Shown here: piece after piece, positions 1 to 12,670 of the stretch | How the letters are laid out: each line of letters opens with the position of its first letter | Position numbering within the stretch: position 1 is the stretch's first letter | Origin: Tubiluchus corallicola | Taxonomy: Eukaryota > Animalia > Priapulida | Reading direction: 5' to 3' | Length of the DNA stretch: 64,000 nucleotides | Assembly (NCBI GenBank): GCA_030141605.1 | Contig: JAQGDQ010000539.1 | Span: 84,355 to 148,354, forward strand | The notes under the pieces: model-generated | What the model was told of the DNA's origin: nothing | The model's input: the letters and a program-made list of their open reading frames with translations, nothing else | Databases searched by the model: none | Position numbers and translations under genes: made by a program

Positions 1-596
1 ACAGCTCATGCGTGAGCACAGTGGTAAATTTGAAATTTTATTTTTTTGTCTTAAAACTTTTCGAGTTTTAGTACAACACACCGAATCTCTTATAATAGCA
101 CTGTACTTCAATTTTTGCTTTCGCAAACACGTGCAATACACGCCCAGGAAAGTTTTTGATGTTGAAAATTATGTTAGTTTGTGATGTCATCACTAGTTGG
201 GCTCGCTTGTCGTTAATTACGATTTTAATCTATTATTTAATTATCAGAAACGCTTTTACAGTATTATTGGTGTTAAAATATATACTTTTTATCGTATTTG
301 AAAATGGGGTAGTATATGAAAAATCATCCTGCCTTCCTTTAAGATGTAACCAACTTCGACTTAACGTTCTTACAACAAAAATCAGTAACAAAGCAGCTTT
401 TCCGTGTATTTTTAGTATAGCTTGTTGCAGCACTAAGCGACAGGGCTAGTATTTAATGTGCCTGTGGTAGAACTGGACCTAGCAAAGCTAGTATTGTCAA
501 ATGAGACATTGAACCGGCAGAGGCTTACTCACACATTCGGATGCATATACAATCCTTCCTTGCTGTGGTAAAATTAATAGCCACAGTTAGTTTGAC

Positions 597-694
597 AGAC
601 AGCGTAGCAAAGCAGTTTTCCAGGCTGTCCGTCATCCCCGCGATCCCACGATTTACTGAGCAGACTCGCTACTGCTTAACTTCGGTGACCAAGT
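597..694 (-). repeat. 5S rRNA-derived interspersed repeat (SINE3-like or 5S pseudogene fragment), copy 1
   Basis: Reverse complement reads GGTCACCGAAGTTAAGCAG...TCAGTA...GGATGACGGACAGCCTGGAAAAC, matching the A-box to C-box region of animal 5S rRNA (GATCnCnGAAGyTAAGCA...TTAGTA...GGATGGGnGACCGCCTGGGAA). A closely similar copy lies at 4909-4992. Confidence 0.6.
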
Positions 695-1400
695 ATTATT
701 ACACTTTTTACAACGTAGTACAAAATGCTCCTCATTTTCAATTTCTTGAATATTACTTCCATCTTTACGTTTGATCGCCAGGTCTGCACGTCCCTGTAGT
801 TACTGATCATCTGTGCTTCCACTTCTTCATCAGATAAACTTGGATCGCAGTCGCGAATTAAACCAATAAACTGTCTTGTTGGGTTTTTTGTCCTCGAAAT
901 TTCAACAAATTTTGGCTTCCGTGATTTCACTGTCGCGTTTGCTACATCGTCATTTTCAACTTACAGCTGAATTTTTCCCCCATGCAGATTTTTGCACCAA
1001 GTTAAACTTGGTACGAAGGAATTGCATGCCTAAGTTTTTCTTAATCGTCACGGTATTTTCCACATTCTTTTTGTCTCTTACATTTTCGATTACCACACTC
1101 CTTTCGGGATTTGTTTTTGCTGAACAGGAATTATAGATGGTCGGCACGATAGACTTGAATCACAGCACTATGGTGAAAGTTTAGGCTGATTGTTCATAGG
1201 CATCATTGCATTTCCATTGCATTGTCTCTTTTTTCTATTTCTTGCATATTGTTATCAACTGCTTCCAATATCGCATTAACAGTTTCCAAATTTTTACGTC
1301 TTTTGGATTGTTATGACCCTGAAGTATACCTCAATATTTTTTTGATTTTTTTTGTTGTTGAATTTTATAGTGTTAGGTTTAGTCTCAACGAGGAAGCTAC
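676..1400 (-). mobile_element. Degenerate non-LTR retrotransposon ORF1-like fragment
   Basis: Two co-directional broken ORFs (956-1147 NPERSVVIENVRDKK..., 676-930 FIGLIRDCDPSLSDEEV...) without splice signals; resembles LINE ORF1/gag-like proteins. Assignment is by resemblance only. Confidence 0.35.
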
Positions 1401-1962
1401 ATCCTGAACCGCTACGTTCTGTTGTATCAAAATACAATGAACCTCTTATTATTCTATGTATAATAATTACACAAATATAGTTTTGTATATTTGTTTATTT
1501 ATCTTGTGTTATGTTGTGTTTTCTATCAAAAGAATGCGTCGAACATGTTCAGGATTTTTCGCCTTTGACTTCGCTCTTCCTTCTAACGCATTCCAATTTT
1601 ATTACAGAAATCATTCGCATCACAGTAACATTATGTGCTATTTTTACCTTTGTATTTTACCTACATTCAGAAAAACTGTATGGGTCATTTCTGAACATTG
1701 GTATTTTTAGATAAACAGTGGAGCTAAAAAGTTTTTTCTGCTAAGAAACCATGACTAACCGAGTAACTGATCGCCTAACTGTGTCCCACATTCACAAATG
1801 GCTACTGCCACTAGAGGGCCAGACAACTAATCAACAGGCTCCGCCGAGGGATTGTTGGCCAGCATGATTAAGCAAAACTGCTACACTCGAGCCACAACGT
1901 TTTTTTAATAAACTTGTCATGGTCTATACCTATTTCCAAAATCATGATGGTATGATCATGAT

Positions 1963-2386
1963 CAAACTCGGTATTAATTAAATTTTGATATAAAACTTAA
2001 GGAAAAGTAGGAAAGTTAGAATACAACCTAGATTTCAACCAGACATGTTCTGCTTACGTTGCAAACACTTAGACCACTAGGCTACCTCATTTTCCAGTGA
2101 TCAAGACAGTCCAACCTTTATTCCTTACAACTGTCCAATCAAATTCAGCCTCTCTAATATTGCATTACTCACGTTAGACTAACTAGAGTAATTCAAAACT
2201 AGTGTAAATAAGGGATAAATTTTGGACTGCCTTAGTTATAGGGGAATGCGATGCACAGAGTAATGGCCTTAGGCATTTGTAATGTAAGCAGAAGGTCGTG
2301 GTTCAAATCCAGGTTCCGTATAAACTTTTTATATCTGTTTTGTTTAAATTTTGGTACAAAATTTACTTAATTGTGGGTTTGTACAT
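1963..2386. repeat. Diverged inverted repeat whose two arms each contain a tRNA-like (A/B box) segment
   Basis: Left arm reverse complement GGTAGCCTAGTGGTCTAAG...GTAAGCAGAACATGTCTGGTTGAAATCTAGG aligns with right arm TAATGGCCTTAGG...GTAAGCAGAAGGTCGTGGTTCAAATCCAGG. Similarity extends into both flanks. Confidence 0.55.
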
Positions 2387-4908
2387 CACCAGTAATAATT
2401 TTGACATTAAGATTATAGTAATTAATGTAATAAGTTTGTCTGATTCAAATAGATTCTAAGATGGTATCAAGTTCAAAAATGAGATCTCTTCACGTGTAGC
2501 ACGCGAAATTGTTGTTGTCCACCTTTTCCGCAAACAATTTATCAATTAATTGTTTAATTAATTGAATGATTCATCCACACGCTTAAAGACAATTAATTGT
2601 GTAACTGATTAATTGCCCGACTCCGAGAGCTTAGGCCTGATCGCTAGGGCTATGATAATTTCCCACACGAACTGAGCCACGAAATATATGTCTTTATCTC
2701 TCGAGTTATCAAGCTGGCTTCCGCAACAAGCCTTTCAGTGTGAATATACCAGGTTCTTTTAAACAGATAGTGTCTTTAACGAGAATGTTCTTTTAGTAAC
2801 TTCTGGAATAACAGAGCAATTCGACATTAATTTAAAGTGATGAAAGAAAGTTTTATTTTAACAAGGTTCACAATTTAATCCAAAGCTAAAAGTCACTTTA
2901 ACAAATCTTTAACTTATGCGCTTGTACGCGCTTACAACTAAAACGGTTTATTCAAGAGGATAATCCTGATTAACGAATAAGTTACAAATTGCAATGTTCG
3001 CACTTAGGGTGCCAAAGTTACAAATTAATACAACTAGTATCGCCGTTACAGTAACAGAGTAATAATAGTAAAGTCACTTAACTTGTGGCCTGGCCAACCT
3101 AACAATTGTAATTGGCCAGATCCAGACTCCTGAACGAGACTCTTAGCATCAGAGGTTTGCTTTTACAAACTATGCAGAATCCTTCCACGCTGAGCTAAAG
3201 ATTATGACTTCTTCGAAGATCGTCTCGCAGTTTTCACGGCAGCTCTGCTCTCCTCGCAATCCCAGCAACAACAACCACCCTCAGAGCTTGTACATACGTT
3301 TTTGAATCGATGGTCACTTTCGTGACATTTCGCCAGTGACACATTACAGAGATACTTGGCTGACCACCCACAGATGGTACCTCCTGATTCTCATGGTACT
3401 CGGTGTCACCGAGGACAGCAATTTTATTGTTTTAGATCTTAGAGCATAGCCGGAGAGACTAGGTTAATTATCAATCGGTGACAATCACTGGCTTTGAACA
3501 ATAAGCTATCCCGACCAATGGTCAGGCGACTCTCTGTACCACCGTGTTACGCATTTATGTGTGTTAATGACAGTAGAGTTCACTTAGGCTATTCTGCGTT
3601 TGTTTAATATTTCAACATTTTACAATTTACCAACCTCTTGTACTTTAACTCATTAAATTCAAGATACAAGCTGAGTGAGTCACTTATGATCAAATCGTAT
3701 AATCTTTGTTATCTAATCTATGATGAGTAATCTAGTCCCAAACTCTTATCAATTAATTACTCTGATTAATTTTCTAATTAATTCCTTATTCCAAAATTAA
3801 TTCACAACATTGTCACAGATGACACTGTTCTAGTTAATTGATCGTAAATCGCTATACACACTCTAATAAACTCCTAAGAGTCAGCGCAGGAATTCATGTT
3901 ATGATGGTTTTAGTTAGAAGCAAGCAAGCAAATTCTTAGATATACTAAGTAACATGAGTAATGGGTCTTTATAAAATGAAGTGTAATTATTACTGAGATT
4001 TTTGCTTAACAACAAGATGATTGGAGATTAAAGACTATGTCGGATGATGATACACATCATTATTTTAAAATTGGCTGCTCTGAGCAAATAGACCAGTTCA
4101 TAAGAACAAACCTCGAAATTTGTTAGAGCAGAATACATCTACATGATGGTGTCAATTGTGCCTGCTAACTGGATTAATTACGCACGTTGTAGCGTTAATA
4201 TGATTTTGTCTTGAATGTTACGACGGCGAAACACCATTTATTTTCTACTCCCCCCTATTATAATGGTACGCGTCCACGCAAAGCCATTGCATGTCATCAT
4301 TGTATAAGCAGCTTTTGTGTTTAGCTTTTTACATTTCTGACTTGATTTCTAAAAAAAATCTACAATATGAATCTGCAACATAATATGAATGATCCTTTAC
4401 TCTTGGCTGCCTTCACAACAATATCAACTTATTACTAACCTGTTCATTTGCGATTTAGTCTAACTTGTATACTTTTGAGCGGCTTTTTCTTTCTTATATA
4501 GTTTCCTATTCTTTACATTTTATTTGTTTTATAATGTTGTGTGTCAATTTAAAGCCTAAGCAAATAAATAAATAAATAGTATTTATCAGATTTACTTGGT
4601 AATGTAGGCACATTTACGTTTGAATGGGAAAACAAATTAGTTTGTTGTACACATCTTATTACGAAACCTATGCGATTTTTTTTATTGTTCATCCTCAGTA
4701 GTAATGAATGTTGTCTAAATGCATAAATAAGAAAAAAAGTATTGGAGCTAATTTTTACTATAGCCGGTGCAACACGTGCAATAAGTTACGTACTTTGCAC
4801 CCGACACATACCGAGTTAAACTGTTTCAGGCTTTCAGCTCTGCTAGAGAATTATGGCGACATTTTATCGTTGAGTGGGTAATAGTAATCATGTTCGGGAT
4901 CCCCGTGT

Positions 4909-4992
4909 AGACAGCGTAGCAAAGCTGTTTTCCAGGCTGTGATCCCACGATTTACTGACCATACTCGGTACTGCTTAACTTCAGTGATCAAG
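4909..4992 (-). repeat. 5S rRNA-derived interspersed repeat, copy 2
   Basis: AGACAGCGTAGCAAAGCTGTTTTCCAGGCTGT-GATCCCACGATTTACTGACC...CTGCTTAACTTCAGTGATCAAG matches 597-694 apart from a short indel and several substitutions. Confidence 0.6.
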
Positions 4993-5315
4993 CGTATATC
5001 GTGATCACTCAACTATTGGCACACCTTATTTTTATCACTAATTATAATCACGTTAAAGTTGTTTGCCTAAAAGCACCACAAGCACTGCTGCCACTTATAC
5101 TGATTTGCATGTCATTTGTCGAATTAGGAATCGCTTGAACTTGAACTCGGTTAACGCTGTAAATGTTTTCACGCAGTTGTTTCTGAATTTGTAAAACCTC
5201 TTTGTCTTTAGCGATGCGAAAGTTGCCTTAAATAGTTTATAGCTACTGATTTCCGTTAGTTTTCGTAGAGCTGCCTCCGTCGTATATTTTAACGCTTTTT
5301 CTATTTTTTTTTCAG

Positions 5316-7947
5316 ATACTGTAACAGCCGTGTGGTTAAGTTCACCGCAGACGGACAGCGACTTGACGAATGGGGTGATGACGAGGGTAGGTTAGAGATA
5401 AGTATTTACTGAAAAATGCTTAATTGGTCGTGAAATACTAAATGCCAGTTAGGCAACAGCCTTCGAGCTCTATTGGTAAAAACTTTCGTTAACAGATGAC
5501 ACTAATTAACAGACTGAAAATGTCAAATCTACAATCTTTTTGTAACCATACCTAAGGGTTACCCTAATCATCTAATGGTTGGTTAATCTAAAGTGAAAAC
5601 GGATGCGAAAAAATTGTGACAGAGCCTAGATTTGAACCAACAACCTTTCGATAACACTGTCGATAACAGTCTTGCGATACAATGTCCAATACCAACCATA
5701 ACCACGTGGCATACAGCACTTATTGATCAAAGCTGAAATCAGGCTCAACTACCTTACCATGCAATCATTAGCATTTTCAAAGTTAACTCATACTAGAGTA
5801 CCTACTAGCTAATTAGATTATTTTTTGTTATTAATCTTGAGGCTAGACTAATGTCCAAACGAGTAATTAAATTAATTATTTCAACAAAAAATTTCAAGAT
5901 TTGTAAATTAGACATGAATGTACTTGTTTTGTAATGCAAGTAAGTTGATGACAAATTACATGTACGTCGAACTTTAAACCAAAATTTTCAACAATTTCAC
6001 TTAAAAACTGAAATTTCTAACATAGTTTGATGGAAATTGATACCCTATGTTTGTTTTTCGTGCAAAAATGACCACGGCTCTGTCAAGATGTCTAATTCGG
6101 CTACATGCACGGTTGATTTTTTTCTCCAGGAAAAGGTCTGTTTATTATTTGCTTCATGCTCTTGACTCTCCCATAGTTTGACTGCAAATATGCGGCTACA
6201 TCGCCCAGCTATGCGCTAACGAGGGCGTATCAACGACCAGAGTTGGAGAAGAACAGGAATACCAGTAGAGAATTGTGGTTCAAAAACTTAAACCCTCTTG
6301 CACTAATACGTTTGATGCGTGTAATCTCTTATTCAGATTCGTTTTTGTGGCGACTTACGAGGCGTTGTGGTACAAATGCTGTTTGTGATAAAGCCTTTAC
6401 TAACAGCGGATTATGCCATAACTTCTCCCCTATCATGTTTACTGGCTAAGCCAAACAATAAGTCAGTTCCAGCTAACTCTAAACGGCATATTTTATTCAT
6501 TGACATGCCAAAAATTGTTTTCAATTTAGTTAAGCAGCCATGAAACAAAACCCAAAGGAAAAATCCAAACCACTTGGGCTGTGTAGACATCGAGATATTT
6601 TTACAGTCTAGCCACATTGGCGAGTTCAAAGGGCACCAGTTTATAATCTCTCTTCTTCTTGGTGAATAGAAGTCACCGCGTTGCGTATAATACACTGTTA
6701 CTTGGCTGTCTACAGCATAGGTATCGCTCTCCACTTAAATAATTAATGAACTAATAAAACTACTGTAATTTTAATAGGCCTAGTATTTTTAATAGAACGA
6801 CTCACAATAAAAATTGCACTCGTGCTACATTAATACAAGCATTGTGTTACACGTATTAATAGTATAATAATTTTTAAAGCTGGTCCACTGGTAAATTTTA
6901 AATGATTTTACAATTAGGACTAATTAAACGCGCCAATGTGACATATTTTTATTGTCTAGACGTTTTAGTTGATAAATCAACTATCTTCAGCGACTTACTT
7001 CCGCAATTTTTCCAAAAATAGGCCAAAATTGGTCTTAACATTGTCTATGATTTTTTCTCAGGTTTTAACATTCCGCACAGTTTAGCACTAGCCGAGGATC
7101 TGGACACGTTGTGCGTCGCTGACCGCGAGAATGATCGCATTGTTTGCCGTCCAGCTGGACTCACTGACAACACTGCTGCCACCAACGGCACGATTCTTAA
7201 CCACAATCGCTTGGGCCGCATCTTTGCCATTGAGTACAACAATGGAGCACTGTATGCAGTCAATGGACCTTCGAGAACAATGGAGGAGCAAACGACCGGT
7301 TTTACCATAGATATTAACAATGGTCAAATTGTGAGCACGTGGAGACCACAAGAGGTCAGTACTTATGGTCAGCCTATATGTATCTCGCTGCGTGTCAACG
7401 TGCATTTACTATTATCGAGTACACAGTGGTCTTTAATTCAATTTGTGCGTGAGCGTCTCGTTTATGGAAGACAAACTGTTAAACAGTAATGTCATTTTGC
7501 TGTTTTTTCTAGGTAAACACTGATCACGTGTCTCAGATAATCAGATTAACCACTATACATTTGTACAGTATATTGTCAAATTATGTATGATACTTTGTTA
7601 TTAGCATTACTGGAGTATTTTGAGTTCCACAGTGGCTGAAGTGCGCACCATACATCTTACTACTTGTAAGAGGTATAGCATGCATGTATGACGGAAAGGC
7701 AAAGCAAAATATTGATTGAAGTTAGCATAGGAAATGTACCACACAGTTACTGGAAATCGGATAGAAACTCAACTGTTTTAGTCGCAGTCTAGACGGAAGG
7801 TGTCATATTCATATTAATTCACTGTTAATAAATGTTATTTTTGTTTAGGGATTTGGAACACCGCATGACGTGACAACATCACCGGATGGTAGAAATGTAT
7901 ATGTAGGCGATCTTGAGAAAGACACAGTCTGGGAGTTCGAATATTGA
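5316..7947 (+). CDS. PAL: Peptidyl-alpha-hydroxyglycine alpha-amidating lyase (PAL; NHL beta-propeller of the PAM family), 3' exons only; earlier exons probably lie upstream of the window
   Basis: Exons 5316-5386 ([G]YCNSRVVKFTADGQRLDEWGDDE), 7062-7354 (GFNIPHSLAL...CVADRENDRIVC...WRPQE) and 7849-7947 (GFGTPHDVTTSPDGRNVYVGDLEKDTVWEFEY*). All have AG/GT borders and compatible phases. They carry the PAL catalytic Tyr (GYCNSR), Arg (ADREN) and two Zn-binding His (IPH, TPHD) motifs. Candidate AATAAA near 8728. Confidence 0.92.
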
Positions 7948-9770
7948 TCACGTAACGAATTATAGGAGCGAGAATCACTAACTTGCTAAAAGCGTGTTCA
8001 CTTCACTCACTAGTGTAAAAGAGCTATTTTCCAGCCGGGAATTAAATGCGTTTTAATACTGCCCCCTATATCCTATTAACGGTATGAACATTGCCTGTCG
8101 GTGATCCGATTGGGTATATGTTGATATTGAGAGACCAAATTTCCAGACTAATTTTCGTTTGTGTATTGAAAGTATAAGGCATTCGTTTGTTAACAACGCT
8201 AAAGTTGGCCAAAAAATTGCTTTACGTTACCAAGAAATGTTATTGATTATTTGGTATGCCTAACTACCATCAATAATTTGCGTTCATACAGATCCAATAC
8301 ATCACACCGACAAAAATCGCGTCATCCTAATTCGTTTTAAAACAGCATCATCCTCCTGTCATTTCCTCTTCTACTACCCACATTTCAAGTTTTTCATATT
8401 GTCCTATAATCTGACATACACGCTGAGCATAACAATATTCTAATGTATCTGAGTTTTTAAATGTCTAGGTAGTCGAGATAATCTCAGAGCGCCTGTTACG
8501 AACGCACCTTAATTAGTTTAACTGGCAGTCTCAACGTATGGTTAATTATAATATTCAACTAGTGTTTTCAATTTATGTTATGTGATTATTGTAGACATAG
8601 ATATTTACCAGGCTTTAATGTTGAGTACTGAGTACTAGCCTAACAGAGTAATCTCAGTTGTATACAAATTTTTCTAAAATATTATCGTGGGTTATTTTTT
8701 TCGAAAATGATGCAGGCTTGTTACTTAAATAAAAGTTATTAGTCAAGACTTTGTTGCTTACATCATGAACGTCAATATTTAGTAGCCCTACTTTTATTAG
8801 CCTGTAAAACAATAATAATTATTAATTAATATATTAAGTAGGGTCAGGATCACATAATTTATGAACAACGGGTCATGTGTCATATTTCCTAACTCATTTT
8901 CAGTTGTGTGTTAGGCATTAATGCCACTAACGTTAGCGCCGGTTGATCAGAAATGTTTGTGATTATTATTTGTGACTGATGTTTCATTACAAATTATTTC
9001 TTAAGTTTAAGTACAGGAGTAACGGCAATAATAATAATATCAGTGTTATTAAGAATAATACAAAAAATGCCGTTGCAGATTTTTAGAGTTTGCGACAATA
9101 AAATTAATGTAAAGAGTTGCTGCTAATAATTCAAACGCCTATGCAGCAACAGTAAGCGACTTTGGTCTGCTTCAGTCCATCATTCATTTTTGCACTGTGC
9201 TACTCATCTTTCGTATAAAGTTTTATGAGCTACTAGCTTTTATTAGAAACTAGAACTAATTTAAAACATGTATAAAATCATAAAATTTTTTATGTTGCAG
9301 CTGCCGTAGATTACGATTGGTGAAATAAATTTGTTGAAAGCTCGAAGGAATTTATAAAATATCGCTGCTGCGGGCTTTCTGGGTATCACCAGAACTGCTT
9401 TCTCTCTTGGACTTCCATGGCCGTTTCGGTATTTTAGCCCCCAATAAAATTCATTCTGGGCATTACTGGTTTTGGAGACGAACCGAGAAAAAATAACAAA
9501 TTGGTTTATTTGTGTGGTTACAGAAGATGCCTTCGGGGCATGTGATTTTATGTTATAGGCCTGCGATATGTCCTGTACGTGTAGCGCATTATAGTTGTAA
9601 GCTCCTAGCCTATTCAGAAAAATAAATACTTATTGTTCAAACACTACAGAACTATTTCGGTGAACCCCAGAGAAAGCCCAACAGCAGGCATCCACAAGCA
9701 AAATTCGTGTTTCATATCATATGCCAAACTGTCTTCCGTCTTTTTTTCGGTCATATACTCACACTCCCAC

Positions 9771-9813
9771 ATACACACACGCACGCGCGCGCACGCACAC
9801 ACACACACACACA
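9771..9813. repeat. (CA)n/(CG)n microsatellite
   Basis: ATACACACACGCACGCGCGCGCACGCACACACACACACACACA seen directly. Confidence 0.85.
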
Positions 9814-11281
9814 CCCTTACGAGTGTTTATCGCATATGAAACATTAATCGTGGTACAGCTTGTGAAACTTTGAGTCACACTCCCCGCGCTCGCATATGTT
9901 ATGCATGTTAAATCTTTGTTGTCCTTTTACTTGTAAAACCTTTAAATACAGTCTTAACCCGCGTAACAGGGTTAAACTACTACAACACGCCATACTTTGC
10001 TTGTGGAACTGAAGTATACTGTTCACGTGACTTCAGACCTTACGGGTGGAAACGCCTGCCTCGAGATAAATGTGCCCATAGCCTAGGACAATTACATACA
10101 AAGAAAGAGAAATGACAGTAGTTCTATTTTTTAAGAAACAAGTTTCTTAATTTAAAACAAGTTGCAGAATCCAATAAATACATGAAAGCAATATGAAATT
10201 AAAGAGCCCGAAAAAGTCGCGCCACTGGAATAGAACTCAGGCCTTCTGCTTCTGTCTGGGACTATCCTCCGGCAAATATGAATTTTGGTTCATTGTACAG
10301 CAGAAAAAGCAAAATGCAAAATATGTTTCGATAAAGTACACAGAATTTTATGCTCCATTTGTTTTTTTCGTTTGTTAATTTCAATTTTCTCTCACTATAT
10401 GTGACAAGCTGGTTGACTAAACCGTAGTTTGTTAGCCCTAAAGTTATGTATCATACTGCAAATGTTCTAGCTTTTTTCAGATTACAAATTTTACAGGTAC
10501 GTGTCAAAATTTTTGTTAATATAATAATTATACAGTTATTTTAAAAAATAAACATGTTTTTGTTTGTTCATATAATAATGCCTGAGGTAAATAGACTAAA
10601 AAACTTATTTATTCCCCGGCTTCTTGTATATACATTAAAAATTAAAAATATAATTATGGAATTAATAAAAAGAGCACCAGAAAATTTTTAGACTGGCAAA
10701 ATGTATCAGATTCTGTAAACTAATTTACAATTGCTAACGTACTGAATACTGACTAATTTCTACCAGCTGATCTTTTTGCTGTCCTTAATATATACCTGCG
10801 CTAATTAAATTGTAAGAACACAGCTCAGTTGTGGATTACTGGATAGGATTTTTTCAAATTCAAATCACCTCAAATCACTGTAATTCAGATTAAGTGGTTG
10901 CGGGTTTATATTTTACTGTGTGTATGGAGATTATTAAAATTTACTGTTATTGTATATAGTAAAACTGTTAACACTTTATCAATTACAGTTTCTGTTAGTG
11001 TAGTGAGATTGTTCTATTCATATTAATCCCTGATCATACATGAGGGCTTCTTTAAAAAGCAAAATGGTTTATCTTGAAAACAGATTTTGCTATCACCAAC
11101 GGTAACTTAATGCATATTGTGAGTGGCAAATATCAGGAAAAAACACTGTCAAATGAATTGGCAGTCATGCTACATTGATTATTACAATGGCAAAGTCTTT
11201 ACAAGATTCCTGGCTCCATCCATGACATATTAAATGAAGGGGCCGAAGGGCCACGCCTTTTTTGAAATTATAGGGTAATTT

Positions 11282-11346
11282 CAATAGACACGTAGTTCTT
11301 TATGTACAATAGACACGTAGTTCTTTATGTACAATAGACACGTAGT
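11282..11346. repeat. Short tandem duplication (about 2.5 copies of CAATAGACACGTAGTTCTTTATGTA)
   Basis: Direct repeats visible in the sequence. Confidence 0.85.
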
Positions 11347-11544
11347 ACAGTAGATGTCATAATGTGTGTAACAAGCACTATATACTATAACAAGATTTTA
11401 ATAATGCTTGTGAAACCGTTTGTTCCATACAGTAGTTACAGGACCAGCTCTACCATTGAGCAAGCTAGGCATTTGCCTATGTCACCAAATTCTGCATGTA
11501 ATTCAGTAATTTTAGTTTCAGCATAAATAATAATGTAGTAGTTT

Positions 11545-12150
11545 ATAAGTCTCTTTCCCAGAAAAACTGTTTTCCAGAATTTTTTGCACAGAAAAACGTT
11601 TCCCCAAAAATAGATTTGTGGCTTTGCAAACTATATAGATTTGTGAATATTTTGATGTCGAGATACTAGTACTTCATATTATTAAGATATTCCTTTGAGA
11701 TGAAACTGAACTGGCAGAGATGTCACAGTTCATGTACATCTGCTCTAAATTCTGAGGAACTAACAAAGTAATTTGGGATCACAATAAAATTAAATGCCCA
11801 AAAGTGAGATTCGTAAGCTCTCATCCAACAAAGTTGCCAGGTACGACATTGCTTAAGTTTCGTAGCCAATCACACGCGGTGATCTCTCACTACTGGGTAT
11901 TTGAAAAGATCAGAATGACTTGCTATCTTATCATTATGATGTTGCAAATCTACTTTCCTGCCTTACGGAGCTGACCACACTTTTTTACTATACGATTCTC
12001 ATAAATCAACACATTAATTTGGCAGTTAAAACAAACAACTTTTTATTGCATATTAGCTAACTGCACCTTAAAAAAGATTTATTAAATCTGGGAAAAATCT
12101 GGGAAACGGCAATTCTGGAAAAAAATCTTTTCAGGGAACGAGTTTACTCC
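11545..12150. mobile_element. Putative MITE with TTCCCAGA/TCTGGGAA subterminal inverted repeats
   Basis: The left end has clustered TTTCCCAGAA/TTTCCAGAA motifs and the right end has their complements CTGGGAAA/TTCTGGAAA. No clean TSD was identified. Confidence 0.4.
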
Positions 12151-12254
12151 ATTTAAAAACTAGCGGTCATTGAACAGCAAAACGATTTAGATTTGATGAT
12201 GAAATATTCGCAACTAGATCAAAGTTATGGCTGTGAAGATAATGAAGTAAGAAA

Positions 12255-12670
12255 AATTTGTCTAATTTCACATGTTCAAACAGCAAACGTGTGCAATGGT
12301 TTCATAATCTGTGGCTTCTCAAGGTTTCATATGCACAATTTCATTGGTTTATTAAAAATTCGTACATTCAAATAGCAATTTCATGGCATGTAAAGGTTTC
12401 ATATGCAGAATCTCATAGGGTGGGATAAATTTCATACAGCAAACTTGGATAAAGGTTTCACAAGTTGCGAGTGTGAAAGGCTTCACGTGCCCAATTTCAT
12501 AGGTTTTTTCTAATTTGACACAAAGAACGTGTGTAAAGTTTTCACAAGCTGCGTGTGTGGAAGGTAAAAGGTTTCACATACTTAATTTCATAGGTTTGGT
12601 CTAGTTTTACATAGAGACCGTATGTAAAGATTTCACAAGCTGCGAGTGTGAAAGGTTGCATGTGCACAAT
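12255..12670. repeat. Degenerate ~84-bp tandem array rich in TTTCACA/TTTCATA motifs
   Basis: TTTCACAAGyTGCGwGTGTGrAAGG recurs at about 12456, 12540 and 12631, with more diverged units to the left. Confidence 0.65.

Noticed and set aside
2025-2320. Functional tRNA genes
   Set aside because: A/B-box-like motifs are present, but I could not form a proper acceptor stem or cloverleaf; treated as tRNA-derived repeat.
12255-12670. C2H2 zinc-finger array suggested by the 84-bp period
   Set aside because: The frames I translated show no CxxC...HxxxH spacing or TGEKP linkers, and the plus frames contain stops.
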